64,000 bases of DNA from Octopus vulgaris (lineage: Eukaryota): assembly GCA_951406725.2 (NCBI GenBank), contig OX597838.1, positions 36,642,001-36,706,000 on the forward strand, written 5' to 3'. Below are positions 62,596 to 64,000 of the stretch, piece by piece. Position 1 is the stretch's first letter, and every line of letters begins with the position of its first letter. The notes beneath the pieces were generated by a model that was not told the DNA's origin, did not search any database, and saw nothing but the letters and a program-made list of their open reading frames with translations. A program made the translations under genes and the position numbers.

Positions 62596-63245
62596 GTACA
62601 CACACATACACACATTCCGATATACACACATGCACACATATCTACAAACACACACATATGCTACCTTGTTATCTCTTCCTATCAATATATCTCTTTTCGT
62701 TCTCCCTATCTCTCCTCTCTCTCTCTCTTTCTCTCTTGACATATACATACACAGCTCATGTACATGCATACATATATACACACATACACACATACATACA
62801 TATATACATACATACATACACACATACATACATACATATATACACACACATACATACATACATACACACACATACATACATACACATACACACACACATG
62901 CATACATACATACATACACACACATACATACACACATATATGCAAATACATACATGCATACACACACACACATACATACTTACACACACACATACACACA
63001 TACACACATACATACACACATACACACACACACACACACATACACACATACATACACACACACATGCACACATAGATACATACATACACACATACATACA
63101 TACACACATACATATACACACATAGATACATACATACACACATACACACATACACACATACATACACACACATACATACATACACACATACATACACACA
63201 TACATACATACATACACACATACACACATACATATATACATACCT
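62410..63245. repeat. (TG)/(TA)/(CATA)/(CA) microsatellite field
   Basis: Direct read. Confidence 0.95.
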
Positions 63246-63957
63246 GTCTCTATGTGTGTCTCACCCTTTCTATCTCGTGTTTTCCCATCTTTCATTCCTC
63301 TTCAGTCTTTCGCTGTCTCTGAACTCTCACCCCTCCCTGAACTCACCCCCCTCTCTTTCTCTCTCACACACACACACAAACACACACACACACACACACA
63401 TACACATACACTCTCACTGTGTGAATGGCTGTCCTGCCCCGAGCTAATATCGGTTCATACTGGTTTAATCTTATCTCTGTCGAAACATTGTACGCATGTG
63501 CGTATGCATAACGTATATTCATGAGTGTGTGCACACGTACGTATGCATGCGTGTGTCTGTGCTGTTCATTGTTGTGAGATGCAAAAGGGATTTTGAATGG
63601 GATCAAAGGAATGAAATCTCTTTGTATTTTTTGTTATATTTTTTTTTTTTTTGTCAAAGTCTTTATATTTTTTTAAAAATCTCTTTATGTTTTAAAGTTC
63701 TCTAACGTCTCAGATTTTTAAGAGAAGAAATCTGACTGGCTTTGTGCTTTCTATTCTCTTCTGTTGCACGGAGGTGGCAGCAGAGAAAGAGAGAGAGGAG
63801 ACGAACAGACAGGTACATAGATAGATAAACAGGTGTATGACAGACATGTCTCGCGTTCTTTGTTTTAACACTTGGACTAGTATTACTAACAAGTTATACA
63901 CACACATGTATGTATGTGTGTGTGTATGTGTATGTATGTGTATATATATATATATAT

Positions 63958-64000
63958 ACTCCTTTACTCTTTTATTTGTTTCAGTCATTTGACTGTGGCC
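63958..64000 (-). mobile_element. SINE A tail, truncated by the window edge
   Basis: TTGTTTCAGTCATTTGACTGTGGCC. Confidence 0.8.

Overview
This is AT-rich, microsatellite-saturated eukaryotic DNA. The repeat repertoire most resembles an octopus (coleoid cephalopod) genome, which is an inference from pattern recognition rather than a search. I cannot support any intact host protein-coding gene, and almost all ORFs in the supplied track are translations of simple repeats or SINEs. The window is a mosaic of: at least four SINE families; decayed LINE fragments (RTE, CR1-like, R4/Dong-like); mariner transposase relics; mariner-, piggyBac- and Tigger-type MITEs; a 5S rRNA pseudogene; and several minisatellites, including a 2-kb 24-bp array born inside a SINE. 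The most interesting signal is a set of short, mutually dissimilar elements that sit in or against (TA)n tracts. They often fold back on themselves, and several carry type I hammerhead-ribozyme-like motifs (best example 30584-30644). They stack into (TA)n-punctuated arrays, and one sits inside the internal (TA)n of a SINE. They are best read as Penelope-like pLTR remnants or non-autonomous ribozyme retroelements that target microsatellites seeded by the SINEs. All coordinates were read by eye, and element ends may be off by several bases.
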